Below, piece by piece: positions 51,555 through 64,000 of a stretch of 64,000 nt of DNA. Position numbers and translations under genes: made by a program. Under the pieces are notes generated by a model. That model did not search any database and had not been told where the DNA came from. It saw nothing but the letters and a program-made list of their open reading frames with translations. The number at the start of each line of letters is the position of its first letter. Within the stretch, counting starts at the first letter, position 1. This DNA comes from Lama guanicoe (taxonomy: Eukaryota), in the NCBI GenBank assembly GCA_013239625.1, contig MU053513.1, positions 1,290,927 through 1,354,926 on the forward strand. The letters run 5' to 3'.

Positions 51555-52330
51555 ATGGACATCGTTAAAAAGCCCACAAACAATAAATGCAGGAGAGGAT
51601 GTATGTGGAGAAAAGGGAACCCTCCTATGCTGTCGATGGGAATGTAATTTGGTGCAGCCATTATGGAGAACAGTATGATGGTACCTTAAAAAACTAAAAA
51701 TAGACTTACCATATGACCCAGCAATCTCACTTCTGGGTATATATCCAGAAAAAAAAATAACTCTAATTCAAAAAAATACATGCACCCCAATGTTCATAGA
51801 AGCACCATTTTACAATAGCCAAGACATGGAAGCAATTTAAATGTCCATCGACAGATGACTGGATACAGAAGCTGTGGTATATTTATACAATGGAATACTG
51901 CTCAGCAAAAAAAAAAAAATAATGAAATAATGCCATTTGCAGCAACATGGATGGACCTAGAGATCGTCATTCTAAGTGATGTAAGTCAGAGAAAGACAAA
52001 TATCATATGATATCACTTATATGCAGAATCTTTAAAAGTGAAACAAATGAACTTATGTACAAAACAGAAACCGACTCACAGACATAGAAAATAAACTTAT
52101 AGTTACCAAAGGGGAAAGTGGAGAGGAGGGATAAATTAGGAGTTTGAGATTTGCAGATACTAACTACTTTATATAAAATAGATAAACAACAAGGACCTAC
52201 TCTATATTACAGGGAACCCTATTCAGTAGCTTGTAAGTCTATATTGAAAAAGAATATACATGTATAATCAAATTACTATGCTGTAAATCAGAAATTAATG
52301 CAACGTTGTAAATCAACTATACTTCAGTGA
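51555..52330 (+). mobile_element. Young 5'-truncated L1 (ORF2 end plus 3' UTR)
   Basis: caaacaataaatgcaggagagga...ggagaaaagggaaccctcctatgctgtcgatgggaatgt...gtaaatcaactatacttca. Confidence 0.95.
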
Positions 52331-52336
52331 AATTAC

Positions 52337-52540
52337 GAAAGGAAGGAAGGAAGAGGGGAGAGAGAGAGAGAAAGAAAAAGAAAGAAAGGAAGAAAGAAAG
52401 GAAGAAAGAAAGAAAGAAAGAGAGGAAGGAAGAAAGGAAGGAAGAAAGAGAGAAAGAAGGAAAGAGAGAGAAAGAAAGGAAGGAAGGAAGGAGGGAAGGA
52501 AGGAAGGAAGGAAGGAAGGAAGGAAGGAAGGAAGGAAGAG
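52337..52540. repeat. Polypurine (GAAA/GGAA)n tract at the L1 tail, including (GGAA)11 at 52494-52537
   Basis: Seen directly; explains ORFs 52317..52620. Confidence 0.95.
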
Positions 52541-52549
52541 TGGAGATGG

Positions 52550-53520
52550 AGTTCTCTCTTTCCATTACCCGCCAACAACAAGTCCATTAGCAAGTTCTGT
52601 TGGCTCTGTGTACAGCACATATAGAAGCAGTTTGCTTGTCCCCATCTGCACTGCTAGCACTCAAGCCCCAACCACCATCCTTTCCAGCCTGGATCACCAT
52701 GGTAACGCTCTCACTAGCCTCCCCACTCTCACACTTGGCGCCATACACCCCTTCCTCTAGAGCACATCTTTCAACCTTAAATCAGTATTAAGCCACATAA
52801 TCATCCCCAGTTTTCCCTCCACATACACAGCCCACTTGCACCCCCACACAACCCTGGCTTAAAACCCTCAAGTGGCTAATTACAGCACTTAAAATAAAAT
52901 GAAAATTTCTCTGGTTTAGAGGGCCCTACTTAGTCTACTCTTCCCTACTGCCCCAACCTCATCTCATGCCACAGTCCCCTCTGGCGGTTACCCAATCACA
53001 GCTGTTTGTGTTCTTCTTGAACACACCAGGCTCTTCCTACCTCCTGGCTTTGCCCTCAGTTCTCTCTGCCTGGAATGCTTTCCCTGCTCACCTTCCGACA
53101 GTTCTCATCAGCCAGCTCTCAGTTCAAACATCGTCTCCTCAGGGAGGACTTCCCCGCAGAGGTGCCAGATTTAGCAAAAGTATAGGTCTTCCAAGTAAAC
53201 TTGAATTTCAGGTAAACAATAAATAATATGAAGCACAGGTATATCCTGTGCAATGTTTGGGACATACTCATACTTCTAAAAAATTCATTGTTTATCTGAA
53301 CTCAGCTTTAAATGCGAGTACTATATTTATCTGGCAAGCCTGCTTCTTTGGCCATCCAATCAAAAGTACCCCTCATGCAACGCCAGTCACTCCTCAACAA
53401 CTCCTCTGGTTTCGTGTTCCCAATTCACTACCTGATAGCATTTTATTTACCATGTTTTCCCTGCATATGCTTTCTATACTGATACAAAATTCAAGCTCAT
53501 TATAATCAGCCAGTTTCTCT
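52550..53520 (+). mobile_element. L2 fragments, interrupted by MER53
   Basis: caagtccattagcaagttctgttggctct; ttcttcttgaacacaccaggctcttcctacctcctggctttgccctcagttctctctgcctggaatgctttccc. Confidence 0.75.
53157..53342. mobile_element. MER53 palindromic hAT MITE
   Basis: Ends cagaggtgccagat / atctggcaagcctg; inner arms ttgaatttcaggtaaacaat / attgtttatctgaactca; centre tcctgtgcaatgtttgggacatac. Confidence 0.9.
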
Positions 53521-53571
53521 CTACCACACATCTTCTCATCCAGAGTTCACTCAAGTTTGGGGGAAGATTTA

Positions 53572-55035
53572 ATGCAGAGAATGATCTTCACATATGACTC
53601 TGAAAATGTAAAACGTATCTTCATTTTTTTGATATCTTTTTTAAAAAACCTTTGATAGGCTTCTAGAGTATCAAATAGATCTATTAATTATAAAATAAAA
53701 TTAAATAATTACTGACCCACAAATGAATAACTTTAGTGATATGTATAATTTTATCAAATTTAGCTCTTGACATTTAGTAGGAAAAAGGATATGCCATAAA
53801 GGTTATCGTCAGAGGAATAAAGAAAGAGAGAGAGAGAGAAAAGGGAAGCAGTACAGTCAGCAGAAAGTAGCCTTTAAAAGGCATCTGAATGATAAATAAT
53901 TTAACCACACGGTATGCTTGCACTTAAGTATCTCTTTAGTCATTTCCGGGATTCTCAGTTCTCATGAACTTCTAGTGTTCTGATTATGAAAAATGTATCC
54001 AAATAATTCTAACCACATAGCAGAAAGAAAAGGTAAGAACTATTATTCTTTAGACGGACACTAACAATTGAATATAGATGGAAAGAAAACAATGTAAAAG
54101 GAACAAACTGATAAAATTCTAGTGTCAAAAAGTGTGCAAAAGATGTTACATAAAAGAGAAAATATCCCCTGATGTGTTAGGCAAGTGATCTGATGAAACA
54201 ACACAGAGCTGTTCATCATAGAAAACCAAGAACCAAAAAGGCAGGGATTAAAGTTTCACTTTGAGTCAGATTTCACGTAAAAACCATAAAGTAAGATTGG
54301 CAGATTTTGCTGTCCAAAGGGACAAAAAAAAAAAAAAAAGAACGTTTGCCCAAACCCTCTTATGCTTTAACACGCATGCACACGCACGCACGCACACACA
54401 CACACGAAGACCATGTCTATTTACAGATCTCCAAACAACCATTTTACAAACAAAACGTTTCTTTAATGATCTTCATTAAAGACCAATATCTAATCACTAG
54501 ATTATATTAGCAATAGCAATCATTAAGATAAATCAAAAGACAATAAAATAAAATAAAAATTTAATTTAAAAATACATAAAGAAACCTAATGACCTCCACC
54601 CCTCCCAAAAAATATTTTTAATAAGTAAAGAAATAAATGGAAAGGCACAGCAATCCTTTTATATCATATCTTTGCCCACAAAAACACATTTCAAGGTAGC
54701 TGTTATCTTGTTTTATGACAGACGAGTGTACATTTGAATAAGATAATAAGCCTATAAAAAAGTTTTATGCATAGAATGATCTTAATGTAATGACTCTGAA
54801 AATATAAAACTGATCTTCATTTTGAAGATATCATTTTGAAAACCTTTGTTAGGTTTCTATATTATCAAATAACATGTGTTAATTATAAAACTTTTTAAAC
54901 CTTACATGATTATGGACCCACAAATGAATAAATAACTTTGTTTTAATGATAGATACAATTTTATCAAATTAAGTTCTTGACATTTAGTAGAAAAATGTAT
55001 ATGTCATAAAGGTTATTTTTGCAAGAATCAAAAAA
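53572..55035 (+). repeat. Diverged direct repeat pair of about 250 bp (53572-53820 and 54767-55035)
   Basis: Collinear shared blocks atgactctgaaaat.taaaac, aaacctttg.tagg.ttcta, gacccacaaatgaataa, aattttatcaaatt.ag.tcttgacatttagtag, atg.cataaaggttat. Confidence 0.9.
54372..54405. repeat. (CACG)n/(CA)n microsatellite
   Basis: acgcatgcacacgcacgcacgcacacacacacacg. Confidence 0.85.
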
Positions 55036-56937
55036 AGAAAAAAGAATTTAAAGTTTGTTTCGGGTAAGTATGTATTTAAGCATACATGAGTATTCGTGTA
55101 TGTAAATAGGTGAAGACTCATGGAAAATGGCTTTATTAGAAAGTGAATCAGAGATTGAAATGACTTAAGAGCTATATCAATGTATTCCTAAGGGTCACTT
55201 CTCGGTAGTGAAATTTTTAATTTAAAGCCATTATGATGCTAACCTTAAAGAAAGAAAAAGTTTTAGTGTGTAACTCCTACAAGTCTTTTGACCCACAAGA
55301 GGCAATGTGGTAGAATGGGTACCATGGGTTCACATTCTGGATTCATCATCTACATTCAGATGTTGGGCAAATTGTTCAGCTTCTCTAAATCTCAGTTACA
55401 GCATTCTCAAAACATAGGTCTTTACCATATCTATATATCAGATTGCGATGAATGTTAAGTGAGGCATCATAGTGAAGTGTTTACGTGGTGCCCACTTACA
55501 CCAAGGCTTCAATAAATTTTACTGTGTCTGTTTATCACCATTAAGGAAAGTCTGCATATCAGTCCAATAGAAACTATGGAAATCACCATTTATAAGAAGA
55601 AGAAAGTAAAATAACAAATTTGACGACAACATTCAGATTCGATCAATATATTTTGACCACCTATTAGGTACCAAACACTACCATACTTAGTGATTTTATA
55701 CGTAATTTTATTTATGATAATGTGTGAAGTCACACCAATAGGTAAGGATACAACTGGAACTAATTTTCACACACTTAATTTCAATAATAATTAATTAATA
55801 ATATGCATAACGTTATAATAAAATTTGCCAAAAATTAAAAAAAAGATACCATTTTCCAGTTGTGTCCATACAGCAATAATAACATAGTTAACTGACAGAA
55901 TATAAAGATTTTATAATCACAAGTGAAAAGTCGGGGGCACTGAATAATGGACAGAGCTCGCATTGAAAGCTAAGAGACCCCGCTTCTAAACATCGCACAG
56001 TGACAGCATCAACTTGGCCACATCATCTCTGGCCTCAGTTTTCTCATCTGTCAGATTAAGGCACTGCACTAAATATTCTCTCAGGTCATTTCCAAGACTG
56101 ATTGTAGGCCATTAACTAGAATTTGTAACACAGAGCAAAACAACAGTGATTGGACTTCACCCCGAACACAACATCACAGCGGCTCAGCTCCTGCACAGCT
56201 GAGAGCAGTGAGAAATGTGGGGTCTGCCGTCTGGAGAGGAAGTATGACAGTGCGCCCCATTCCTGGTGGTGTCTCTTCGCCCACCAACCACCGGGGCCGA
56301 GCGCTTTCATGAGGGCGCCCCCCTTCTTTCACAGGCATTCGGACATCCCCACCACTCAGCCATCACCAAAACTTGGGAAAATCGGACAACTGAGTCTCAG
56401 CCAGAAGCTCTGGCTGCTTCTGATGTGCAAGGGAGTCAGCTGATCCTTACTCAAAAAAGATCTCCTTTGAAAATGCCCCATACTCAGGTCCCAATCAACC
56501 GAAGTCTTTCCTTCCTTGCTGCCAAGGGAAGGAGGGCTCAGATGAACCACCACCAAACTTTCATGCAAGAAATTTTGAATGAGGCTAACTTCAGCTTTGT
56601 CATCATGCTTGTGTTAAGCGGCAATTAAATGAATTCTATAGGCTTCCATTTCCTGAGATAACGAAGTCCCCCCTGAAACACAGAAGGCCTTGTTACTAGT
56701 CTCACTGGAGCGTTTGCTCTAATGCAGGAGAATCCAAACTTCAGCTGCCAAAAGTCACATCAGTCCTGTTATCCCACCTGAAAATGGGTGCTTCCATCAT
56801 GCACAAGGAGTACCCTTTTGGCTTCAAAAGTAATAATAATTTTTAAAAGACATCTTTAGCCCTCATACTCATATTTTTATTTGTTAGGAAATTCTATTTC
56901 TAACCCTTTGTTCTCTGGATATTTTGTATTCCTTACC

Positions 56938-57388
56938 TGTATTGGCTTCCTAGGGCTGCTCTCATAAATATCACAAACCGGCTAGCTTGAAAACAGCAGG
57001 AATTAATTCCCTCACAATGGTGGAGGCTAGAAATCCAAAACCCAAATGCCAGCAGGGCCACGCTCCCTCTGACGTCTCTGCGGGAGGACCCCTCCTTGCC
57101 TCTCCCCGTTTCTAGTACTTCCAGGCTTTCCTTGGCTTGTGGCAGCACGAATCCAGTCCCTGCCTCCTCCTCACATGGCTGTCATCTCTGTGTCTGTCTG
57201 TGTCCAAATGGTCCTCTTCTTATAAAGACACCAATCGTATTGGAGTAGGGCTCATCCTCATCCAGTATCGCCTCATTTTAACCTAATTATATCTGAAAAC
57301 GTCCTATTTCCAACTAAGGTCATATTCACAGGTGCCAGCGCCAGAACTTCAACCCATCTACTGGGGGAACATAATTCAGCCCATGGCA
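56938..57388 (-). mobile_element. MaLR solo LTR (MLT1C/D-like) with 5-bp TSD
   Basis: tgtattggcttcctagggctgct...gggggaacataattcagcccatggca; TSD ttacc / ctacc. Confidence 0.9.
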
Positions 57389-58656
57389 CTACCCCTCCCT
57401 CTAATTATGCTGGCCATGTAAATGTCACAACATGCAAATGCAAACAGGCAGGAGGGGTTTGTCAAGCAGCTGCGCTTCGAGAGATACCCCCATACATTGC
57501 ATGACGGGTGTAGATAGTCGTTTGTACCACCAGCTGATGAGTTCCCGGAGGGTAGGGACTGGAAGACTGGACCGGCAGGGCAGACGGGGATCAGAGAACC
57601 CTGATCAGAACTGTCCTCGCTTCTTAGAAAATTCTTGAGGCCTGAGCCCCTAATCCAGTCACCTTGCACTCTCTGAAAAATGTACCCACCTCAAGCAGCC
57701 AAGCCGTCCTAAGGGGCTGTGATCCTGCACCATCTGGTTAGGCAGTGACAGTCACAGTCCTAATAATGGCCACCATTTACTGAACGCTTCCCGTGTGCCA
57801 GGCCCTTGCTAGGTTTTGTGTTATATACATTATTCCGTTCAGTCCTCACACATTATCCTTAACTCTCACATCGTCGTGACTCCTATCTATTCTTCCTTGC
57901 ACAAAAACAGGAGGAGAATGCACTGCTAGCTTTTTTTGTATTCCTTCCATTCACAGTGACGCTGTGATGTCATCTTTCGCCCTTCCCTCCACCCACATAC
58001 GTAGTATTAGTCTGTGTATCAGAATAACCGTGAGACATGAGCCATGTTCCATCCAGCCCTCCCCAACAAAGTGGTCCTAGGAGGCCAGTATGAACGAGCA
58101 ATGATCTTCTTCAGTCATCGTTATGGATTCACGTTTAAAAACTGAAGGCACCCAAGCATATGTGCTTCTGTTCAAGAAACGAAGGTAACTGAAATGATTT
58201 TATGACTTAAAAGCTAAAGCTGCAATCATTAAAACCGGAAACAGAAATTAAGATTGTTTGTGGCTGCCGTTGATCTAAGTGTTTCAGAATAGAAACTTGT
58301 TACCTCAAGCTACTTTTCCAGACTTGTCATATTTGTACTTATTTGCAAAACTTAACCGTTGTCCTCCATCTGTCATGTTTTCAAATGAATGTGGTTACAG
58401 AATCAGTCACAAAACGCTAAAGTTTATCTTGAAACCCAAAGATCTGGGCAGCGTGGGCTGGCTCCCGGGACCTGCTGTGGGTGGCTTACTTAGAGTCCCC
58501 TGCCCAAGGTGATGTGTGCTGCCGTGTATGCTGTTAATGCACCTGCCTTCTTGTTAGATGAAGCCAGGAAGCTTAAGGAATGCCTCTCAGCGCTTCTGTG
58601 TGTTGGGAAAACTCTAAAGTTCATTCTTGGAATCTCAGATTTATAAGTCAGCCTGT

Positions 58657-58795
58657 GGGGGAGGGCATTGCTCAAGCTCATGAGGTCCTGGGTTCAATCC
58701 CCAGTACTTCCTCTAAAAATAAATAAACCCCCCTCCCTTCTGCCAAAATCAAATAATTAAATAATACAATAATAAATTAATTAAATATTTTTTTA
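58657..58795 (+). mobile_element. Camelid SINE with an internal deletion
   Basis: gggggagggcattgctcaag|ctcatgaggtcctgggttcaatccccagtac; lacks the tggtagag..atgcttagca segment seen in the other copies. Confidence 0.85.
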
Positions 58796-58799
58796 AGAA

Positions 58800-59930
58800 G
58801 TGTCTGCTCAGGAAACTATTCATTCTTCCACAGCATTGCTGGCTGAGTAATTGTGCAGCCCATTCATATATATTCTCTTCTCCAATACAGAGGGGCTCTA
58901 TAGAACTCATCATTATGTTGAGCTGAAACCCATCGTCTTAGTAGGGCCACCACTGGACCTAATTCTACTTTCCCTACCTGACAGCTCTTCAAATGTCTGA
59001 GAACAGCTCTCATATGCCCTGTGCGTCTTCTCTCATGTGTGCTTTCAGCCATCACAGTGAGACATGGTTTCTAGTTCTCCCATCCTGGTCATTGTCCTTC
59101 TTACTGTGCATCAGTCTCCGTTTGTGGTTAATACTTGGCACCACACTATGTCATGTGCAGTTTGGCCAATATTAGCAAAGAATGATCACTTCTTGCCTCA
59201 TTCTGGACACTATAACTTTCCTGATGCAACAAACAAGAGTTGACCTTCTTGGTGGTAATAAATGGATTCACATTGAAGCTCCTAACAACTTCAAAATAAT
59301 TTTTGTCATATTTCCTTTACTTAACAGTTGTGCAATTTATTTAGTGAAAAAATATAAAATTTCCATTTATTTTCATCAAATTTCATCTTAGTAGCTCTTG
59401 CCTATATTTTTATGTCAATTTTTTCGCAGAGTATATCCCTACTACTTATTTAGTGCAAATTCAATTAGCATCAAATACCAGTTCTGAGGTCACTGGTGAA
59501 ATTTGAACAGTTTAACACCAGTGGAAGAACTTCGTCACTATCTCCCTTGGGCTTAAATTAACCCAGCAATAGTTACTTTGGGTATCGTCAGTCAGTTACA
59601 CAGTCATCTAGTTCAATAAGCATTCAGCTCACATCTCCTCATGTCTATGAGAATGTTATAAGAAGCACACCAGGTCTCTATTCTAATTCTGTATAAAAGA
59701 AAACATTAGTGCAAGCCTCTTACACAAAATAAGCTGTTTTTAGTGAACCCACACTGGTTCCTAGCAATCACAACAAGCACTCTTAATAATACGTTCTAGA
59801 AATTTTCCTGAGGTTGGAGCAACTGGAGCAACCTGGTCATCAAACGTCTCAAATTCTCCCCCTGCCCCTTTGAAAATCAAAACCATGTTTATTCATTGCT
59901 ATTCCATCTGCCTTAGTACTTCCAAGACTA
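58800..59930 (-). mobile_element. L3/CR1 LINE remnants
   Basis: tgacagctcttcaaatgtctgagaacagctctcat; gacatggtttctagttctcccatcctggtc; gttctagaaattttcctgaggttgga...ctttgaaaatc. Confidence 0.6.
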
Positions 59931-60114
59931 TTCACAGAAAATTAAAATTAGAGGGAGTTTCCAGTTTCTTTTGCTGGTTATCTCAGAATGCAAGGGTCTA
60001 ATTCATCAAGGCAAAAAAACAAAGCAAAACAAAATAAAACAAAACACTAGAAGTCACTTCACCAATTTCTTCACTTTTCCTGAAAATCTGTTTTCTCTCT
60101 CTAGGGTACATTTT

Positions 60115-60258
60115 TTTCCTCAAGGATTGGAGGGGAGATTAGGGTATTTTGTTTTGGGTTTTTGTTTTATTTTTTTTTATTATTGGAGGAACTGGGGACT
60201 GAACCCAGGATCTCATGCATGCTAAGCATGTGCTCTACCACTGATCTATACCCTCCCA
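60115..60258 (-). mobile_element. Camelid SINE with 16-bp TSD
   Basis: gaacccaggatctcatgcatgctaagcatgtgctctaccactgatctataccctccc; TSD ctctagggtacatttt (60099-60114) / ctctagtgtacatttt (60259-60274). Confidence 0.92.
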
Positions 60259-60379
60259 CTCTAGTGTACATTTTATATTTCTAGCCAAAGATTCACTTTC
60301 CTTCACAAAGATGTTAAAAAACAAAAAGATAGTTTGGAAAATCTACTGTGTCTAACACCGGCAAGCACTACACTTCTAT

Positions 60380-60870
60380 TGATGAATATTTACCCAAAAA
60401 ATGAGGGAGGTACAGGCCTTCCTAAGCATAGCACCAAAGGCAGATATCATAAACAGAGTGAAGTGCACACCTACACATTAAAACCTCTGTACCTCAGGAA
60501 ATGCCTTTTAAGAAAAATTTTCAGGAAAATGACAAACTCTCTAAATGTTTGCAAATTAATATCTTCGTAAAGTTTTGATAGCCTTATACACGAAGAATTT
60601 TTACACGTCAGCTGGAAAATATAGACACAATAGAAAAACATACAATGTTCAAGGAAAGGAAATTGAAAGAAAGAAAGAAGGAGCCAATAGACCCATGAAA
60701 AGATGTCCATCTTCATTAATTTTCAAGTAAATGGAAATTTAAACAAAATATTTTATATTTAACAAATTAGATGCAAAATACTTTGGTTTTCCTAAAAGTC
60801 AAAGATATAGAAACACTGACATTCTCACGTACACTGCTATACATGGAACTCTGAGCAGGAATTTAATATC
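60380..60870 (+). mobile_element. Old L1 (L1ME-like) fragment
   Basis: ccaatagacccatgaaaagatgtccatcttcattaat..., acattctcacgtacactgct. Confidence 0.55.
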
Positions 60871-61429
60871 TGTCCAAAACTTTATATTAAGTGTTTTACA
60901 TGCATTATCTTACTCGAGGTATCTTCAAAGATTCAGTTCTCCTATAGATAAAGTTTATCTTATGAACCCAGAGATCTGGGCACCAAAAGACACTAAGATG
61001 ATAGAGTCACTTTGTCGAGCAGTTCTTGTTATTACCAGTCATTAACCAGGTCAACTCTCACACCTACTGGGAAATGAGACTGTCAGCAACACACACCAAA
61101 CATTCCGCATTAGATGTTCTTGGTTTAGCCTAAGAAGATTTTCAGTGTACGTCTTGACAGTTAAAGAGCTTGTGACTTCAGATATTCAACCTAGTTGCAA
61201 TCTTCTACTTTGAATCAGAGGCACATTAATCACTTTTTTTTTCTGTCTGCTCAGATTGCCCCTTAATACAATCTCAAAATCATAGTCCTTCTGTAATTCT
61301 CTTATTTGTAACTTAATTATGATTTTCAACAATATGTGTCAAATCTATGGTGGATTTCCACCTGGGTACTTTATATATGGGATATCTCTTCGCCCCTCTA
61401 CAGCAAATCTGTATCTTTTCTCACATAAT

Positions 61430-62268
61430 TGATATTGTGGTTTACAGTAAGAAATATATATTTGGTCTTTGTCCCCATTTCTGGCACAGAGTTCCTAAAA
61501 CCTCTGAAATTTCCTTTGATGAGAGGGATACATCTATCTTTTGTTATGTTAATGAGATGGCTTTTGGAAAACACCTAAGGAGGGATACTGGTCACTAGAG
61601 GACCCACCTATGTGATCAGAGGATTAGAATTTCAGTCCCCCTCCCCCAACCCTCCTCAGGGAGTCCAACCCCTGGGGAGGGGAGAAGGGCTGGAGACTGA
61701 GTTCAATCACCAATGGTCAGTGATTTAATCATTCGTGCCTGTATGTGAAGCCTCCATAAAAACCCAGACGGGCAGGATTTGCATCGCTTCTGGGCTGGTA
61801 AACACGTGGAGATTCAGGAAGAGTGGCATGGAAGCCCTGTGCCCTTTCCACATAGCTCGTCCTATACCTTCCATCTGGCTGTTCCTGGTTATACCCTTTC
61901 GTAATAAACCAGTAATCTGCTAAGTCAAATGTTTCTCTGAGTTCTGAGAGGCAAATTAACCAAACCCAAGGTAGGGGATAGAGGTCTTTGGACCCTCCAA
62001 CCTGTAACCAGTTGGTCAGAAGCCCAGGTGACCACATGGACTTGCAACTGACACCTGAAATGGTGTGTGGGCAGAGGTGGGGGCCTGTGGGGGAACAAAG
62101 TGTGGGAAGACAGTCTTAAGGGACTCAGCCCTAACGTGAGATCTAATGCTGTTTCCAGGTAGATAGTATCAGAATTATGCTGAGTTGTAGTACACCCAGC
62201 TGGTATCTGAGAATTGCTTGGTGGTGTGGAAGAACCACCCTCATACACTGGAATTAGGTGCAGACCCA
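61430..62268 (+). mobile_element. ERVL-class solo LTR (MER21-like)
   Basis: tgatattgtggtttacagtaagaaatatatatttggtctttgtccccatttctggcacagagttcctaaaac...ccaggtagatagtatcagaatt...acacccagctggtatc. Confidence 0.85.
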
Positions 62269-62373
62269 TTACATTGATTCTTCATTTTAGGTTCCATCCC
62301 CATGGGGATAATGTTCTATTTATTACCCTGTGTTATAAATTCAAATGCATTTTGTACATGAACTATGCTTTTA

Positions 62374-62511
62374 CTTGTACTATTTGTTTTCTGAGGGGGA
62401 GGTAATTAGGTTTCTTCATTGATTTCTGCTTGGAGGAGGTACCGGGGTTTGAACCGGGGACCTCATGGGTGCTGAGCAGGCACTTTACCACTGGATCTAT
62501 ACCCTTCTCCC
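62374..62511 (-). mobile_element. Camelid SINE with perfect 15-bp TSD
   Basis: gggggaggtaattaggttt...tttgaaccggggacctcatgggtgctgagcaggcactttaccactg; TSD tgaactatgctttta at 62359-62373 and 62512-62526. Confidence 0.92.
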
Positions 62512-64000
62512 TGAACTATGCTTTTAGACATATTGGAGATAGAACTCTTTAGTGACTTTCTTACCAATTATTTTCTTACATGAATTACTACAGACAATCC
62601 TTCCTGCTGTCTTTTATTTCTGTAATAAACCATTTGATAGCTTTACAGAGATGGCTTTTCCCCTCCTGCTTCATATGCATCTTGAATTGTTCTTACCGAG
62701 GAAGAAGGAAACCATTCAAGAAAGAAAGCCAAAAGAAAATGGTTCGAAGGAGACAGAAAAGATTCAAAAGTCAAAGTCAAGTTGCGGGTGAATAGAAATT
62801 TTCATTGCACATTAAAAGTGAAGAAACTCTGTAGCATGGGAATAATTGGATAAGAATACAACGTTACCCACAGAAGACTAACTCAGACCTTCCAACAAGA
62901 GGCAACAGCCACTGCTACACGAAACGTGAAGCAGACCACACACATAAGGGATAGGGGGAATATTGTCTCCATCCCGGGATAAAACTAACAGGTCATGGTA
63001 GCTGTGAATTTTCTATTCCATTTCACATAATCCCCCTGAATACCAGGCAAGGCACATATTATCTTGCAGATAAGAAAACTTCCCTGAAGTTGCTAGGTTG
63101 CTAAAGGTAAAGCTAGAACTCTAACCCAAGTCTAGCAAAACTAAATCCTCTGCTTACGTTATACTACTGCTACCGCAGATCACCCCTGAATAGTAATCAA
63201 CATTGATAAACTGATATATTGTAAAACGAAAAAGCCTGGTTTCAAGTTTCTCGTCAGCCACCTCTCAGAAAATTCGTTGGTCATAAGTGACACAAACAAC
63301 GCAATCAGTCAGAATGAAAAGTGGCCTTAAACAATTCAGCGGGTGGATTTTGGATTTGTGACGGGGAGGGCTTGTTTTTATGACATAAGCAAGTTCTTTG
63401 GGCAAGAGAATGAGCTTACTGTGAGTTTTCCTGCTGAAATTTCCAACAATCATCTGTCATATTTGTGCTTTTGGATAACCGGAACCAAGCAATTCTGCTG
63501 TGAGTCTTTACTGTAGACTAAATTTATTGTCCAGATCATAGACACCCTTTTGTCTATGTACCTAAAGTCTAGTTCCAAAATATCACAGTGAATGTGACCA
63601 GGAAGAAATATAGTTTAATGTTTACTTTCACGCTCATTCATGACATAATTAAATATGGCGCATCCTAGAGTTAAGTAACATTGATTTTAAAACTAGTCAC
63701 CGATTAGTTCTGCACTAATTTGGGACAAGGGCCACACTGCTTCGTTAGACTATTGAATTTTAAGTCTGAAAGGAAAGACATTTTGTATTTCAGGGATGGG
63801 CTAGACTAAAATTGTTTTTATAGCATAATTTGTCAGCCCGCTAATCCTGTCTCTTTTATAACACCCCAGAGCACCTGGTAGAGAGAGAATCCTGACCACA
63901 GAATTGAAAAGAAAATTGAAAACAAAGACATCTGGTCTCCCCGATGACGGCCACGCTCTGCTTTGCTAGCACTGGCCTTGTCTTACCAATGCACTCTGAG

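Noticed and set aside
52317..52620. Lys/Glu/Arg-rich and Phe/Leu/Ser-rich ORFs
   Set aside because: Translations of the GAAA/GGAA microsatellite.
62552..62795. Lys/Glu-rich plus-strand ORFs with a nearby AG and GT
   Set aside because: A-rich composition explains the open frames; weak donor and no recognised protein.

Overview
Mammalian nuclear DNA, most likely a camelid (alpaca, llama or camel), judged from several copies of the camelid-type tRNA-derived SINE (Vic-1-like) and young L1 3' ends. The window is AT-rich, non-coding (intronic or intergenic) and dominated by interspersed repeats: young and old L1, L2, MIR, L3/CR1, MaLR/ERVL LTRs (MLT1, MER21) and hAT MITEs (MER5A, MER20, MER53). 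All family names were assigned by eye, not by a database search. I recognise no protein-coding gene, and the supplied ORFs look like repeat-derived or chance frames. A few exon-shaped segments with good splice signals exist, mostly on the minus strand, but they are unverified. The most notable observations are several short-range templated copies or local duplications, an L1 with a 5' inversion plus an extra fold-back, multi-level TE nests, a MER53 copy carrying a miR-1302-like sequence, and a 16-nt perfect match to miR-21 inside a candidate minus-strand exon. I found no convincing new biological system.
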